Shown: positions 1 through 7,541 of the stretch, piece by piece
How positions within the stretch are numbered: position 1 is the first letter of the stretch
Layout of the letters: each line of letters opens with the position of its first letter
Assembly: GCA_049699855.1 (NCBI GenBank)
Contig: JBNAWM010000038.1
Span: forward strand, 1-13,386
Source: Candidatus Cryosericum sp.
GTDB taxonomy: Bacteria; Caldisericota; Caldisericia; Cryosericales; Cryosericaceae
Reading direction: 5' to 3'
DNA: 13,386 nt
Translations under genes and position numbers: made by a program
The notes under the pieces: model-generated
Told to the model about the DNA's origin: nothing
What the model saw: the letters and a program-made list of their open reading frames with translations, nothing else
Database searches by the model: none

Positions 1-91
1 TCGGGTGCCCTCTGTCAACGTCAAATACGACGCGAATTCCGTTGCTGAGTGTCAAGACCTCCGGTTTGCGCTCTCCGTTACTGACCACCAT
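1..91 (-). CDS. M16 (pitrilysin/insulinase) family peptidase, N-terminal fragment running off the left edge
   Basis: Hand translation from ATG at 91 (GTG at 88 also possible), overlapping the pnp 3' end: MVVSNGERKPEVLTLSNGIRVVFDVDRGHP. 'TLSNGIRVV' matches the typical M16 N-terminal strand (LxNGLRV). M16 peptidase genes commonly follow pnp. The HxxEH motif would lie outside the window. Confidence 0.7.
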   Translation of the reverse strand, partial: MVVSNGERKPEVLTLSNGIRVVFDVDRGHP

Positions 92-2222
92 GTCGATGAC
101 CACTGCCCGGCTCCGAAGGCTTCCCAGTGTCTCCTTCAGTCAGACCCTTGCGTGTAAGAGAGATCTTGCCGTCATCTTTGAGGGGAAGAGTCTTCACAAG
201 AATCTGTTCACCCACCTTCAGGACTGAGTGTATATCCTTGACATACGAGTCAGACACCTGGGAAACGTGGAGAAGGCCCGACTTTCCAGGAGCAATCTCG
301 ACGAATGCGCCAAAGTCACGCAGCTCCGTCACCTTGCCCATGTAAACCTTGCCCACCACAATGTCCTCGGTGATCGCGTTGATGGTATCCATGGCCATCT
401 GTCCCTTGACTCCGTCAGGGGCAGTGACAAACACAGAACCATCGTCCTCGATGTCGATATCGCATCCCGTGTCAGCTATGATCTTCTTGATAACCTTTCC
501 TCCAGGCCCGATAAGAGCTCCAATCTTGTCACCGGAAATGTGCATAGTGAAAATGCGTGGAGCCAGCGGGTTCACCTCACTGCGGGGTGCAGGAAGAACC
601 GACAGCATCTTGTCCAGGATGAACAAACGAGCGGTACGAGCATGGTCCAGAGCTGTCGACAGCAGATCGCTGTCCACACCGTGAATCTTGATGTCCATCT
701 GGAGAGCCGTAATGCCCTTGGCAGTGCCTGCCACCTTGAAGTCCATGTCGCCGTTGGCATCCTCGGCACCCTGGATATCGGTCAGAATGACGCTCTTGTC
801 ACCTTCCTTCATCAATCCCATCGCGATGCCGGCGACTGGTGCGGTAATCGGAACGCCTGCATCCATCAAAGCCAGCGTACTGCCACAGATGGAGGCCTGC
901 GAGGTTGAACCATTTGACTCGAGCACTTCCGAGACGACGCGGATGGAATACGGGAACTCGCTCTCGTCAGGAATCACAGGGAGCAGGGCTCGTTCGCCCA
1001 AAGCACCATGTCCGACCTCCCGACGGCCCGGTCCTCGCATAGGACGGGTCTCGCCCACCGAGAAAGGTGGAAAGTTGTAATAATGCATATAGTGCTTGGT
1101 GGTCTCTTCCTCCAGGCTCTCAACAAGCTGGCCCTCTTTCTTGCCACCGAGCGTGACAATTGACAGAACCTGGGTCTGGCCTCGCGAAAACAGTCCTGAT
1201 CCATGACTCATGGGCAGAACGCCGACGTCGACACCGATAGGACGAATCTCGTCTGGCCTGCGGCCATCGATGCGCACACCCTCAGTGACAACGCGATGCC
1301 GGATAAAATGCTTGATCTCGGCATCCAGAACTTCTCCAATGGCCAATCCGTTGTCCGGATATTTGGCCAGAAGTTCAGCCGCCAGTTCACCCTTGAACTC
1401 GTCGAGAATCTTCTCCTTCTTCAGCTTCTCCCGATCCTTGAGAAGAGTCGGGAGACGATCGTCGATCATCGCGCGAGCATCGCTCTGAATGGCTGGATCA
1501 AACGCCAAGTCCGGCACAACGATCTTCTCTTTGCCAGCCTGCGCGCGAAGTTCTTCCTCCATGCGGCACATCTCTTTGATGGGTTCCTGTGCCATGACAA
1601 GCGCCTCAACCATCTCAGCCTCGCTGATTTCACGCGACCCTGACTCCACCATGAGGATGCCGTTCACCGTACCGGACACAACCAAGTCGAGCGCACTTTC
1701 GTCGATAGAAGCAGAAGAAGGGTTAAAAACCAGACTACCTTCGATCTTGCCCACCCTGACTGCGGCAACAGCATCAACGAACGGGGCATTGCTGATCAGC
1801 AGCGCTGCCGAGACGGCATTGATTGCCAGCACATCAGGAGAATTCTCTCCATCAGCGGACAATACGTAGACAATGACCTGAACTTCTCTGCGGAAATGCT
1901 TCGGGAAAAGTGGACGAATGCTGCGGTCGATCAACCGCGAACGAAGAATCTCCCGCTCGCTGGGTCTTCCTTCCCTCTTATAGAACCCGCCCGGGATCTT
2001 GCCGGCGGCGTACATCTTCTCAAAGTAGTCAACAGTAAGCGGAAAGAAATCGATCCCCTCTTTCGTGGTGTTGCTGACCGTTGCCGCTGCAAGCACCACC
2101 GTACCGCCCATTGTGGCAAGTACGGCTCCGCCGGCCTGTTTGGCCAGCCGCCCGGTTTCCAGTGTGACAACCTTCCCTGCTATCGTGCCTTGAACTGTCT
2201 TTATCTCATCACTTTCCAACAT
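78..2222 (-). CDS. pnp: Polyribonucleotide nucleotidyltransferase (PNPase)
   Basis: 714 aa with hallmark motifs ETGRLAKQA, DFFPLTVDY, GKIPGGF, RLIDRSIRPLF, RREVGHG, SEVLESNGS and GDMDFKVAG, a KH domain (IGPGGKVIK) and an S1 domain (FGAFVEI...GLLHVSQ). SD AGGAG (2226-2230) overlaps the rpsO stop. Confidence 0.99.
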   Translation of the reverse strand: MLESDEIKTVQGTIAGKVVTLETGRLAKQAGGAVLATMGGTVVLAAATVSNTTKEGIDFFPLTVDYFEKMYAAGKIPGGFYKREGRPSEREILRSRLIDRSIRPLFPKHFRREVQVIVYVLSADGENSPDVLAINAVSAALLISNAPFVDAVAAVRVGKIEGSLVFNPSSASIDESALDLVVSGTVNGILMVESGSREISEAEMVEALVMAQEPIKEMCRMEEELRAQAGKEKIVVPDLAFDPAIQSDARAMIDDRLPTLLKDREKLKKEKILDEFKGELAAELLAKYPDNGLAIGEVLDAEIKHFIRHRVVTEGVRIDGRRPDEIRPIGVDVGVLPMSHGSGLFSRGQTQVLSIVTLGGKKEGQLVESLEEETTKHYMHYYNFPPFSVGETRPMRGPGRREVGHGALGERALLPVIPDESEFPYSIRVVSEVLESNGSTSQASICGSTLALMDAGVPITAPVAGIAMGLMKEGDKSVILTDIQGAEDANGDMDFKVAGTAKGITALQMDIKIHGVDSDLLSTALDHARTARLFILDKMLSVLPAPRSEVNPLAPRIFTMHISGDKIGALIGPGGKVIKKIIADTGCDIDIEDDGSVFVTAPDGVKGQMAMDTINAITEDIVVGKVYMGKVTELRDFGAFVEIAPGKSGLLHVSQVSDSYVKDIHSVLKVGEQILVKTLPLKDDGKISLTRKGLTEGDTGKPSEPGSGHRHGGQ

Positions 2223-2228
2223 CGGCTC

Positions 2229-2495
2229 CTACTTCCGGATTCCCAAACGCTTGATCAATACAGCATAACGGTCCTCATCAACGCGTCTAAGGCTGTTCAG
2301 AAGCCGCCGGCGTTCGCCGATCAGCTTGTACAGCCCCCGCTTTGAACTGAAGTCTTTCTGATGACTCTGCAGATGCTCTGTAAGCGCAAGAATACGCTTT
2401 GAAAGCATGGCAATCTGAACCTCGAATGACCCCGTGTCATCATCGCTCAGCTTGAACTCATTGATAATCTTCAACTTCTCATCGGCTGTAAGCAT
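2229..2495 (-). CDS. rpsO: 30S ribosomal protein S15
   Basis: 88 aa with DTGSFEVQIA, LTEHLQSHQKDFSSKRGL and C-terminal LIKRLGIRK; strong SD GGAGGT at 2507-2502; directly upstream of pnp. Confidence 0.99.
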   Translation of the reverse strand: MLTADEKLKIINEFKLSDDDTGSFEVQIAMLSKRILALTEHLQSHQKDFSSKRGLYKLIGERRRLLNSLRRVDEDRYAVLIKRLGIRK

Positions 2496-2513
2496 AGTTG
2501 TACCTCCAAGGTG

Positions 2514-2563
2514 TCCCAGGACCCAGTCTCACGTCCAGCCGGAACGCATGACCGAGTGCGGGA
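2514..2563 (-). ncRNA. Structured rpsO 5' leader (candidate S15 ribosomal-protein leader)
   Basis: Minus strand folds by eye into nested stems UCCCG/UGGGA, ACUCGGUC/GACUGGGU, UGCG/CGUG and UCC/GGA with a GGCU loop. It lies between a predicted promoter and the SD and contains a 5'GG/5'CU (G-U next to G-C) step. Confidence 0.6.
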
Positions 2564-2576
2564 GAAATGTATTCAA

Positions 2577-2604
2577 ATTGTATCAGAAAGGAACGGCAAG
2601 TAAA
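2577..2604 (-). promoter_or_regulatory. sigma70-type promoter for rpsO-pnp (extended -10)
   Basis: Minus strand TG-a-TACAAT at 2585-2577, with a weak -35 (TTTACT, 16-nt spacer), in an AT-richer intergenic stretch. Predicted TSS near 2570. Confidence 0.6.
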
Positions 2605-2641
2605 GGCAAAAGAGCGCATGGCTGACTTCATGATACAAGGG

Positions 2642-3580
2642 TCAGCGCGGGCGCTCACTCCCTCCCAGCAGGGCGCGCGTCCTCGCGACGTCCTGAGAAA
2701 TCTGGTTTACCAGGGCCGCAGTCGACGAAAAGTGAATCTCTGGGCGAAGGCGGGCAACAAACTCCATCGAGGCCAGATGGCCGTAGACCTGCTTGTGAAA
2801 GTCGAGCAGATGCACCTCGACGGTGCGCCTTGATCCCGCCGTCACTGTCGGGCGGACGCCAATATTGCAGACACCGTTCACACTCGTCTGGTCGACCAGA
2901 GCCCGGACAGCGTATACACCATTGCCCGGAAGAAGCTTGACCGGATCCGGAACCTCGATATTCGCAGTGGGGAAGCCCAGACGCCCTCCTATGCGGTTTC
3001 CTGTCACGATGACTCCCTCGATGGAGTATGGCCGTCCCAGAAATTGCGCAGCCCGCTCCACATCGCCCACCGCAACGGCCGAGCGGATCAAGGAGCTGGA
3101 ACAGACCTCTCCATCGATCATCACCGGATCCATGACGACCAGGGTACGCCCTGACTGGCCAAGGATCCGGCTCATCACGTCGACATCGCCCGCCCGCTCG
3201 CTGCCGAAGCGAAAGTCGCTTCCAACCACCACAAGCCGGGCATTCAGGCGGCCCACGACGATGTCCTGCACAAACGCCTCGGGAGGCATTCCTTGAAACT
3301 TGCTCGAAAAATCCTCGAGCACAATGTGTTCGACCCCCATCCTTCCGGCGCAATCGACCCGCTCGCTGTTTGTCGTCAGAAGGCCTCGTACACCATGTGT
3401 CGACAGTTTCGGGTTCTGCCGAAATGTGTAGATGACAGTGGAAAGAGATGCTCTCTTTGCGCGCGCCATGAGCTCGCCGATCACCCGCTGATGGCCCAGA
3501 TGAAATCCATCGAACGCTCCAATGGCAACGCCCGATGCGATTCCCGGAAATTCTGAAGACGAGAGATATACACTGCTCAT
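2642..3580 (-). CDS. ribF: Bifunctional riboflavin kinase / FAD synthetase
   Basis: Motifs GAFDGFHLGH, GSDFRFG, CSSSLIR, GFPTAN, NIGVRPT and VEVH. Start reassigned to ATG 3580 (MSSVY..., 312 aa), which forms an ATGA overlap with the truB stop. Confidence 0.96.
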   Translation of the reverse strand: MSSVYLSSSEFPGIASGVAIGAFDGFHLGHQRVIGELMARAKRASLSTVIYTFRQNPKLSTHGVRGLLTTNSERVDCAGRMGVEHIVLEDFSSKFQGMPPEAFVQDIVVGRLNARLVVVGSDFRFGSERAGDVDVMSRILGQSGRTLVVMDPVMIDGEVCSSSLIRSAVAVGDVERAAQFLGRPYSIEGVIVTGNRIGGRLGFPTANIEVPDPVKLLPGNGVYAVRALVDQTSVNGVCNIGVRPTVTAGSRRTVEVHLLDFHKQVYGHLASMEFVARLRPEIHFSSTAALVNQISQDVARTRALLGGSERPR

Positions 3581-4479
3581 GCCGCGAATACCTTTCGAGG
3601 ATAAATCCTGCCGTCCGCTGCCCCTCCAATGCCTCCCAGGCGACCATCCGGACGCAGGACGGTTACCACTGCCCCGTCCATCAGACCTGTTTCCACAGAA
3701 CGCCCATGGACAAAAGCACTCCACTGCTCTTCGTTTAGACGAACATGCGTCAAGGCCCCCAGCAGGTCCTTGCTGTCCATCCCGGTTTTCACAAATGACC
3801 AATCGGCAAGGGCAGCCTTCCGTTTCAGCTGATCGAGGGACAGCGTGTCACCGATGCCAAAACCGTGGGCTTTTGTACGAAGCAGTCGGCCCATGCACCC
3901 CCCACATCCCAGGGCCATGCCTACGTCACGGCAGAACCCCCGGACATAGTACCCCGGCGTCACCGTCATGCGAAAGACAATGTGACGAAGATCCCCATCC
4001 TGCCAGTCCCGCAGGATGCCCAGGCTTCGAACGGCCGCTGGAGTAGCGGCAAAGTCGAGCAGACGCCCTTCCTTCCGAAGGGCCTTGTATCCCCGGACGC
4101 CCTCCAGCCGCTTTGCAGAGACATGAGGCGGTACCTGAGTCTTCTGCGACGCCACAGCCTGCAGTGCTTCGTTCACCGCGGAAGCTTCAAGGCCAACCGC
4201 TCCTTTCCGTTCAATGACGGCACCCTCGGTATCATCCGTCACCGTGCTCATTCCGAGAACAAGCTCACCGATGTATTCCTTGTCACTGGCTGGAACGAAC
4301 GAAATCAGTTTTGTTGCCGAGCCAAGAGCTATGGGGAGTACGCCGATCGCCTGAACGTCGAGGGTGCCGAGAAACCCTGCCTTCTCTGCGCCAAGAAGTT
4401 CCTTGGTCACGTTCAGGACCCTGGCGCTGCTCATTCCGCTAGGCTTGAACACTGCGAAGAAACCTTCGGGGCACACCAT
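3577..4479 (-). CDS. truB: tRNA pseudouridine(55) synthase TruB (divergent)
   Basis: KPSGMSS, KAGFLGTLD (catalytic Asp), GVLPIALGSATK, KEY, QVPPHVSA and GYYVR...DVG...LGC; sits before ribF. Start placed at ATG 4479 (MVCPEG), where homology begins; the ORF is open to 4539, so the start is uncertain. Confidence 0.92.
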   Translation of the reverse strand: MVCPEGFFAVFKPSGMSSARVLNVTKELLGAEKAGFLGTLDVQAIGVLPIALGSATKLISFVPASDKEYIGELVLGMSTVTDDTEGAVIERKGAVGLEASAVNEALQAVASQKTQVPPHVSAKRLEGVRGYKALRKEGRLLDFAATPAAVRSLGILRDWQDGDLRHIVFRMTVTPGYYVRGFCRDVGMALGCGGCMGRLLRTKAHGFGIGDTLSLDQLKRKAALADWSFVKTGMDSKDLLGALTHVRLNEEQWSAFVHGRSVETGLMDGAVVTVLRPDGRLGGIGGAADGRIYPRKVFAA

Positions 4480-4562
4480 CCTCAGATGTCCATCACTGAC
4501 AGGCAACAAACGTCGGCACCTCTGTGGCGCCACCAGCACGCAGCACGATCGGCATGCAACCC

Positions 4563-5786
4563 TTAGGGCCCTTTCTGAACGTCCGCGACAACAGACGAAG
4601 GCGTCACTGAGACGGAAACGATTCCCTGAGCCAGACCGTCGATGAGAACCGGATAGGTGCCATCGGCGAGGGGAGGCTGGCTGACGTCAACGTATGCCCT
4701 AATCTCGGAAGACCGCAGGCCCCCTATGGCAGAACTCGTCCCGCTGACCAGCACCGAAACCGATGTCGTTCCCAGAGTCACCTTCCACCCCGATGCCACA
4801 CCCCTGACCTCGACCACCACATCCGGCACGGCAACGACGACGACCTGCTCCAGGACCACGCGGCAGGACACACTCCTGCCTGCATTCATAAGCGTTACCC
4901 CTGGTGGAAGAACCAGATCGACCTGCCTCGTCAGGGTCGACGAAGCGTCCGAAATGTCCACACTCGCGGTGCTTACTGCACTGACCTGCGACAATGCAGC
5001 AGCAGACCCCGTGATCATAACGACTGCAGGAGTACACGACGCGCTTGCCACAGCATACCCTCTCGTTGGATAACCCGAAAGCGAAGGAACAATCGGAACT
5101 GTTTTTTGACTGGAGGAGTCCAGAACAGGCAAAATCGCCACCGCCGAGTGCGGCGATACCAGTACCCCAGTCACGACACTTCCTGTGGCATCATAGGGAG
5201 TGACGTCAGCTGCTACGGTGAAGTTTCCCCCTGTCGTCGTGCCCAGCTTGTCGAGGGCGACCACCAGCGCCGCCTCCTTCACCTGGCTGACCAGTGAGCT
5301 GGGTCCCGACACCTCGACTGTCTGCGGATCGACGCGCAAACTGCCCAGCACCAGACTGTTCGACAGGGCACCGCTGACTTCAACATGCACCGGAACGGTG
5401 GCTGTCTCAAGGCGCTCCAGCATGACATTGACTTCCTTGGGCGTAATGGATTCAACGCTGACACCGGACAGTCCCACAACCTGAGCCTGAACTGAAGCTA
5501 TGAAGGTCCCTTCGGTCCTCCCCCTCAGGTCGACGGTAGGCGTCACGTATTGACTTGTCATGTTCCACAGCGTGTTCATTGGCCCACGCAGAGAAACGGT
5601 AACCGAAGGGAGTGGCGCCGAGAGCACATAACCCTGCGGCACGTTCACCGCCACCAACTGAGCATCAATGGACTTTGTCGTGTCCGGCCCTCGCACTCCC
5701 ACAACATAGACCCAAAGCAGCACTGCCAGCAGGACGGAGACAATCTTGGAATTGAAAAGCATCGCTCCAATGTTACGCTTTGCCAT
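4563..5786 (-). CDS. cdaR: CdaR / YbbR-repeat diadenylate cyclase regulator
   Basis: N-terminal TM anchor (KIVSVLLAVLLWVYV) followed by about four Val/Ser/Thr-rich beta repeats with PxxVxVxG (PSVTVSLRGP, PQTVEVSGP, PAVVMITGS, TTSVSVLVSG). SD GGAGG 5 nt before ATG 5786; overlaps cdaA by 14 nt. Confidence 0.9.
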   Translation of the reverse strand: MAKRNIGAMLFNSKIVSVLLAVLLWVYVVGVRGPDTTKSIDAQLVAVNVPQGYVLSAPLPSVTVSLRGPMNTLWNMTSQYVTPTVDLRGRTEGTFIASVQAQVVGLSGVSVESITPKEVNVMLERLETATVPVHVEVSGALSNSLVLGSLRVDPQTVEVSGPSSLVSQVKEAALVVALDKLGTTTGGNFTVAADVTPYDATGSVVTGVLVSPHSAVAILPVLDSSSQKTVPIVPSLSGYPTRGYAVASASCTPAVVMITGSAAALSQVSAVSTASVDISDASSTLTRQVDLVLPPGVTLMNAGRSVSCRVVLEQVVVVAVPDVVVEVRGVASGWKVTLGTTSVSVLVSGTSSAIGGLRSSEIRAYVDVSQPPLADGTYPVLIDGLAQGIVSVSVTPSSVVADVQKGP

Positions 5787-6687
5787 CTTCGCCTCCCTGC
5801 TGGGTGCCTGCATTCTTCCTGTGGAAGAGGCCAGCGAGACTGAACCTGTGTTCGCTGGCGATTGGCTTCGTCATAACCAGCAGCATGCCTCTGAGCTCAA
5901 GCGGGCTGAGATAGCGCGTAAGTTTGCCTCGAACGGCAAGGGAAATGACCCCCGTCTGCTCGGAGACAACAACAACGATTGCATCGGTCTCTTCTGTCAA
6001 TCCGATGGCTGCACGGTGGCGCGTCCCGAGTCCCTTCTCCAGCTCAGCGCTGGCAGTCAACGGGAACAGGCATCGCGCAGCAACGATCCGATTGTTTGCG
6101 ACAACGACGCCGCCATCGTGAAGCGCGCTGTTTGGATAGAACAGCGTCGACAGAGTCTCTGCCCGAACCAGTGCATCCAGGCGGACTCCTGTCTCAACGT
6201 AGTCCTCAAGGCCAGTCTGTCTCTGGAGACAAATGAGGGCTCCAATCCGATTCATTGACAGGTACTTGACGCTCTTCACAATTTCGTCGACGGATTCTTC
6301 CCATTCGTGGACATCCAAAAACTGACTCCGAGTATCAGAAGAAACCAGTCTGCTGCTTCCCAACCTTCCCAGCATTCGACGCAACTCGGGCTGGAAAACC
6401 AGCACGAGCAGCAGAGGCAGAAAGGTCGTCGAGAAACTGCGCAGCCAGCTGAATACGCTGTTGAGGGCGAGCAGTCCGGCCTTGAGGCTGACCCACTCGA
6501 CGATGTAGACGAGGAGATAGTAGATCACCAGGCCCTGCGCCAGCTGGAGTGCCCGCGTGTTCGAAATGAGCTTCAACAGCGCATAGAAAAGGAGCGACGT
6601 CAGGGCGATATCCACCACAATCGAGATACCGCGCGCAACAGTAAGATTTGCAAACAGGTCGGTCAGAAACTTCAGTGCGTAGGACAT
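5773..6687 (-). CDS. cdaA: Membrane-bound diadenylate cyclase CdaA (DacA), c-di-AMP synthase
   Basis: Three N-terminal hydrophobic segments, VFQPELRR, IGALI, LHDGG (the DGA motif position, 6117-6109), GTRHRAAIGLTE (RHR at 6021-6013) and VVVSEQTGVISLA; followed by the YbbR gene. Confidence 0.97.
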   Translation of the reverse strand: MSYALKFLTDLFANLTVARGISIVVDIALTSLLFYALLKLISNTRALQLAQGLVIYYLLVYIVEWVSLKAGLLALNSVFSWLRSFSTTFLPLLLVLVFQPELRRMLGRLGSSRLVSSDTRSQFLDVHEWEESVDEIVKSVKYLSMNRIGALICLQRQTGLEDYVETGVRLDALVRAETLSTLFYPNSALHDGGVVVANNRIVAARCLFPLTASAELEKGLGTRHRAAIGLTEETDAIVVVVSEQTGVISLAVRGKLTRYLSPLELRGMLLVMTKPIASEHRFSLAGLFHRKNAGTQQGGEDGKA

Positions 6688-6688
6688 G

Positions 6689-7429
6689 TCACCTCACAGC
6701 CACCGCAATCATGCGCCTGGAGTCAGATCCCAGCCGCGATCCATCATAGTCGCCATACCACCTCTCGATGCGCAAGCCCGCTCGCCGCAGCAGTACCGAC
6801 AGTTCATTTCCCGTATACATCCTGAGGACTCGTCTGTATTCGTGACGCTCGACACCACTCACGACCACGCGCCTCGTTGACACTGTACCGTTGATCGGAT
6901 CGAAACGGCGCGACTCGAGAACAACTTCATCGCCATGCTCGTGCCATTCCTGGGGTACAAAGTGCTTCACAATGTAGTCGCGGTTCTCCACATCGATGAC
7001 GAGGCGTCCTCCCGATCGCAAATGATCAGCGATTCTCTCGAGCACTTGAACGTCTCCGGTCTCGCCATAGTAGCCAAACGAACTCCACAGCGAGATAGCC
7101 AAGTCCACCCTTCGATCAAGACTCATCGTCCTGCTGTCCATCGCAAAAAAGTCGGCGCTCACTCCCTGCGCCGCAGCACGGTTCCTGCACTCAAGAATGT
7201 AGTCCGGGTTGCTGTCAATGCCAATCACGTGAAATCCAAGTCCTGCCAGCGCCAGGCCGTGCCGCCCGACGCCACAGCCGACATCCAGGACCGACGCTCC
7301 CGGAAGCAGTGGACACATCCTGAGAAGGCCGCGTACCTGATAGGCCGTCCTCGCCGGGTCGACCGTTTCCAGAAACAAGCGGCGATATACTTCATCAAAG
7401 TAGTTCTGCGTCCAGTCATTCGTCTCCAT
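6689..7429 (-). CDS. Class I SAM-dependent methyltransferase, substrate unknown
   Basis: Motif I VLDVGCGVGRH, acidic GIDSN, VDLAISLWSSFGY and LRSGGRLVID. Likely start ATG 7429 (METND); the TTG at 7459 lies inside the predicted promoter. Its stop is 1 nt from the cdaA ATG. Confidence 0.9.
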   Translation of the reverse strand: METNDWTQNYFDEVYRRLFLETVDPARTAYQVRGLLRMCPLLPGASVLDVGCGVGRHGLALAGLGFHVIGIDSNPDYILECRNRAAAQGVSADFFAMDSRTMSLDRRVDLAISLWSSFGYYGETGDVQVLERIADHLRSGGRLVIDVENRDYIVKHFVPQEWHEHGDEVVLESRRFDPINGTVSTRRVVVSGVERHEYRRVLRMYTGNELSVLLRRAGLRIERWYGDYDGSRLGSDSRRMIAVAVR

Positions 7430-7438
7430 GTAGCATTC

Positions 7439-7466
7439 ATAGTAGGATAATACAGTCAAAATGCAA
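7439..7466 (-). promoter_or_regulatory. Possible sigma70 promoter for the methyltransferase-cdaA-cdaR-truB-ribF run
   Basis: Minus strand TTGCAT-N16-TACTAT, ending 9 nt before ATG 7429, with no SD. An alternative -10 (TATTAT) is also present. Confidence 0.4.
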
Positions 7467-7507
7467 CTACCAAGCGGCTCTTGGAGCCACCTTCACACGG
7501 GCATTGC

Positions 7508-7535
7508 TTGACAGTGTCAGCTATGACCATAGCAT
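7508..7535 (+). promoter_or_regulatory. sigma70 promoter of the lipM-like gene, probably leaderless
   Basis: Perfect TTGACA (7508-7513), N16, TAGCAT (7530-7535), N6, then ATG 7542; no SD upstream. Confidence 0.65.
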
Positions 7536-7541
7536 ATGCAT

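Noticed and set aside
228..908. Long antisense ORFs (228-908, 3865-4566, 9264-10022 and similar)
   Set aside because: They lie opposite well-supported genes, carry no motifs, and are explained by codon bias.
2655..3647. 330-aa same-strand alternative-frame ORF over ribF (possible overprinted gene)
   Set aside because: Arg/Gly/Cys-rich with no motif and no clear RBS. Long stop-free off-frames are expected in GC-rich coding DNA.
3581..3802. 74-aa N-terminal extension of RibF in the ORF track
   Set aside because: It lies inside truB. The ATGA overlap at 3577-3580 gives a normal-length RibF.
4505..4531. GGCGCC-ACAGA-GGTGCC hairpin between cdaR and truB as an intrinsic terminator
   Set aside because: The stem is only 6 bp with a G-U pair, and the following tract (GACGUUUGUU) is offset and interrupted, so it is too weak to call.
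7225..7440. 71-aa minus-strand ORF whose ATG is 6 nt after a TATTAT hexamer (possible leaderless uORF)
   Set aside because: It is out of frame inside the methyltransferase, has no protein-like features and has no well-spaced -35. It could only be revived by TSS or Ribo-seq data.
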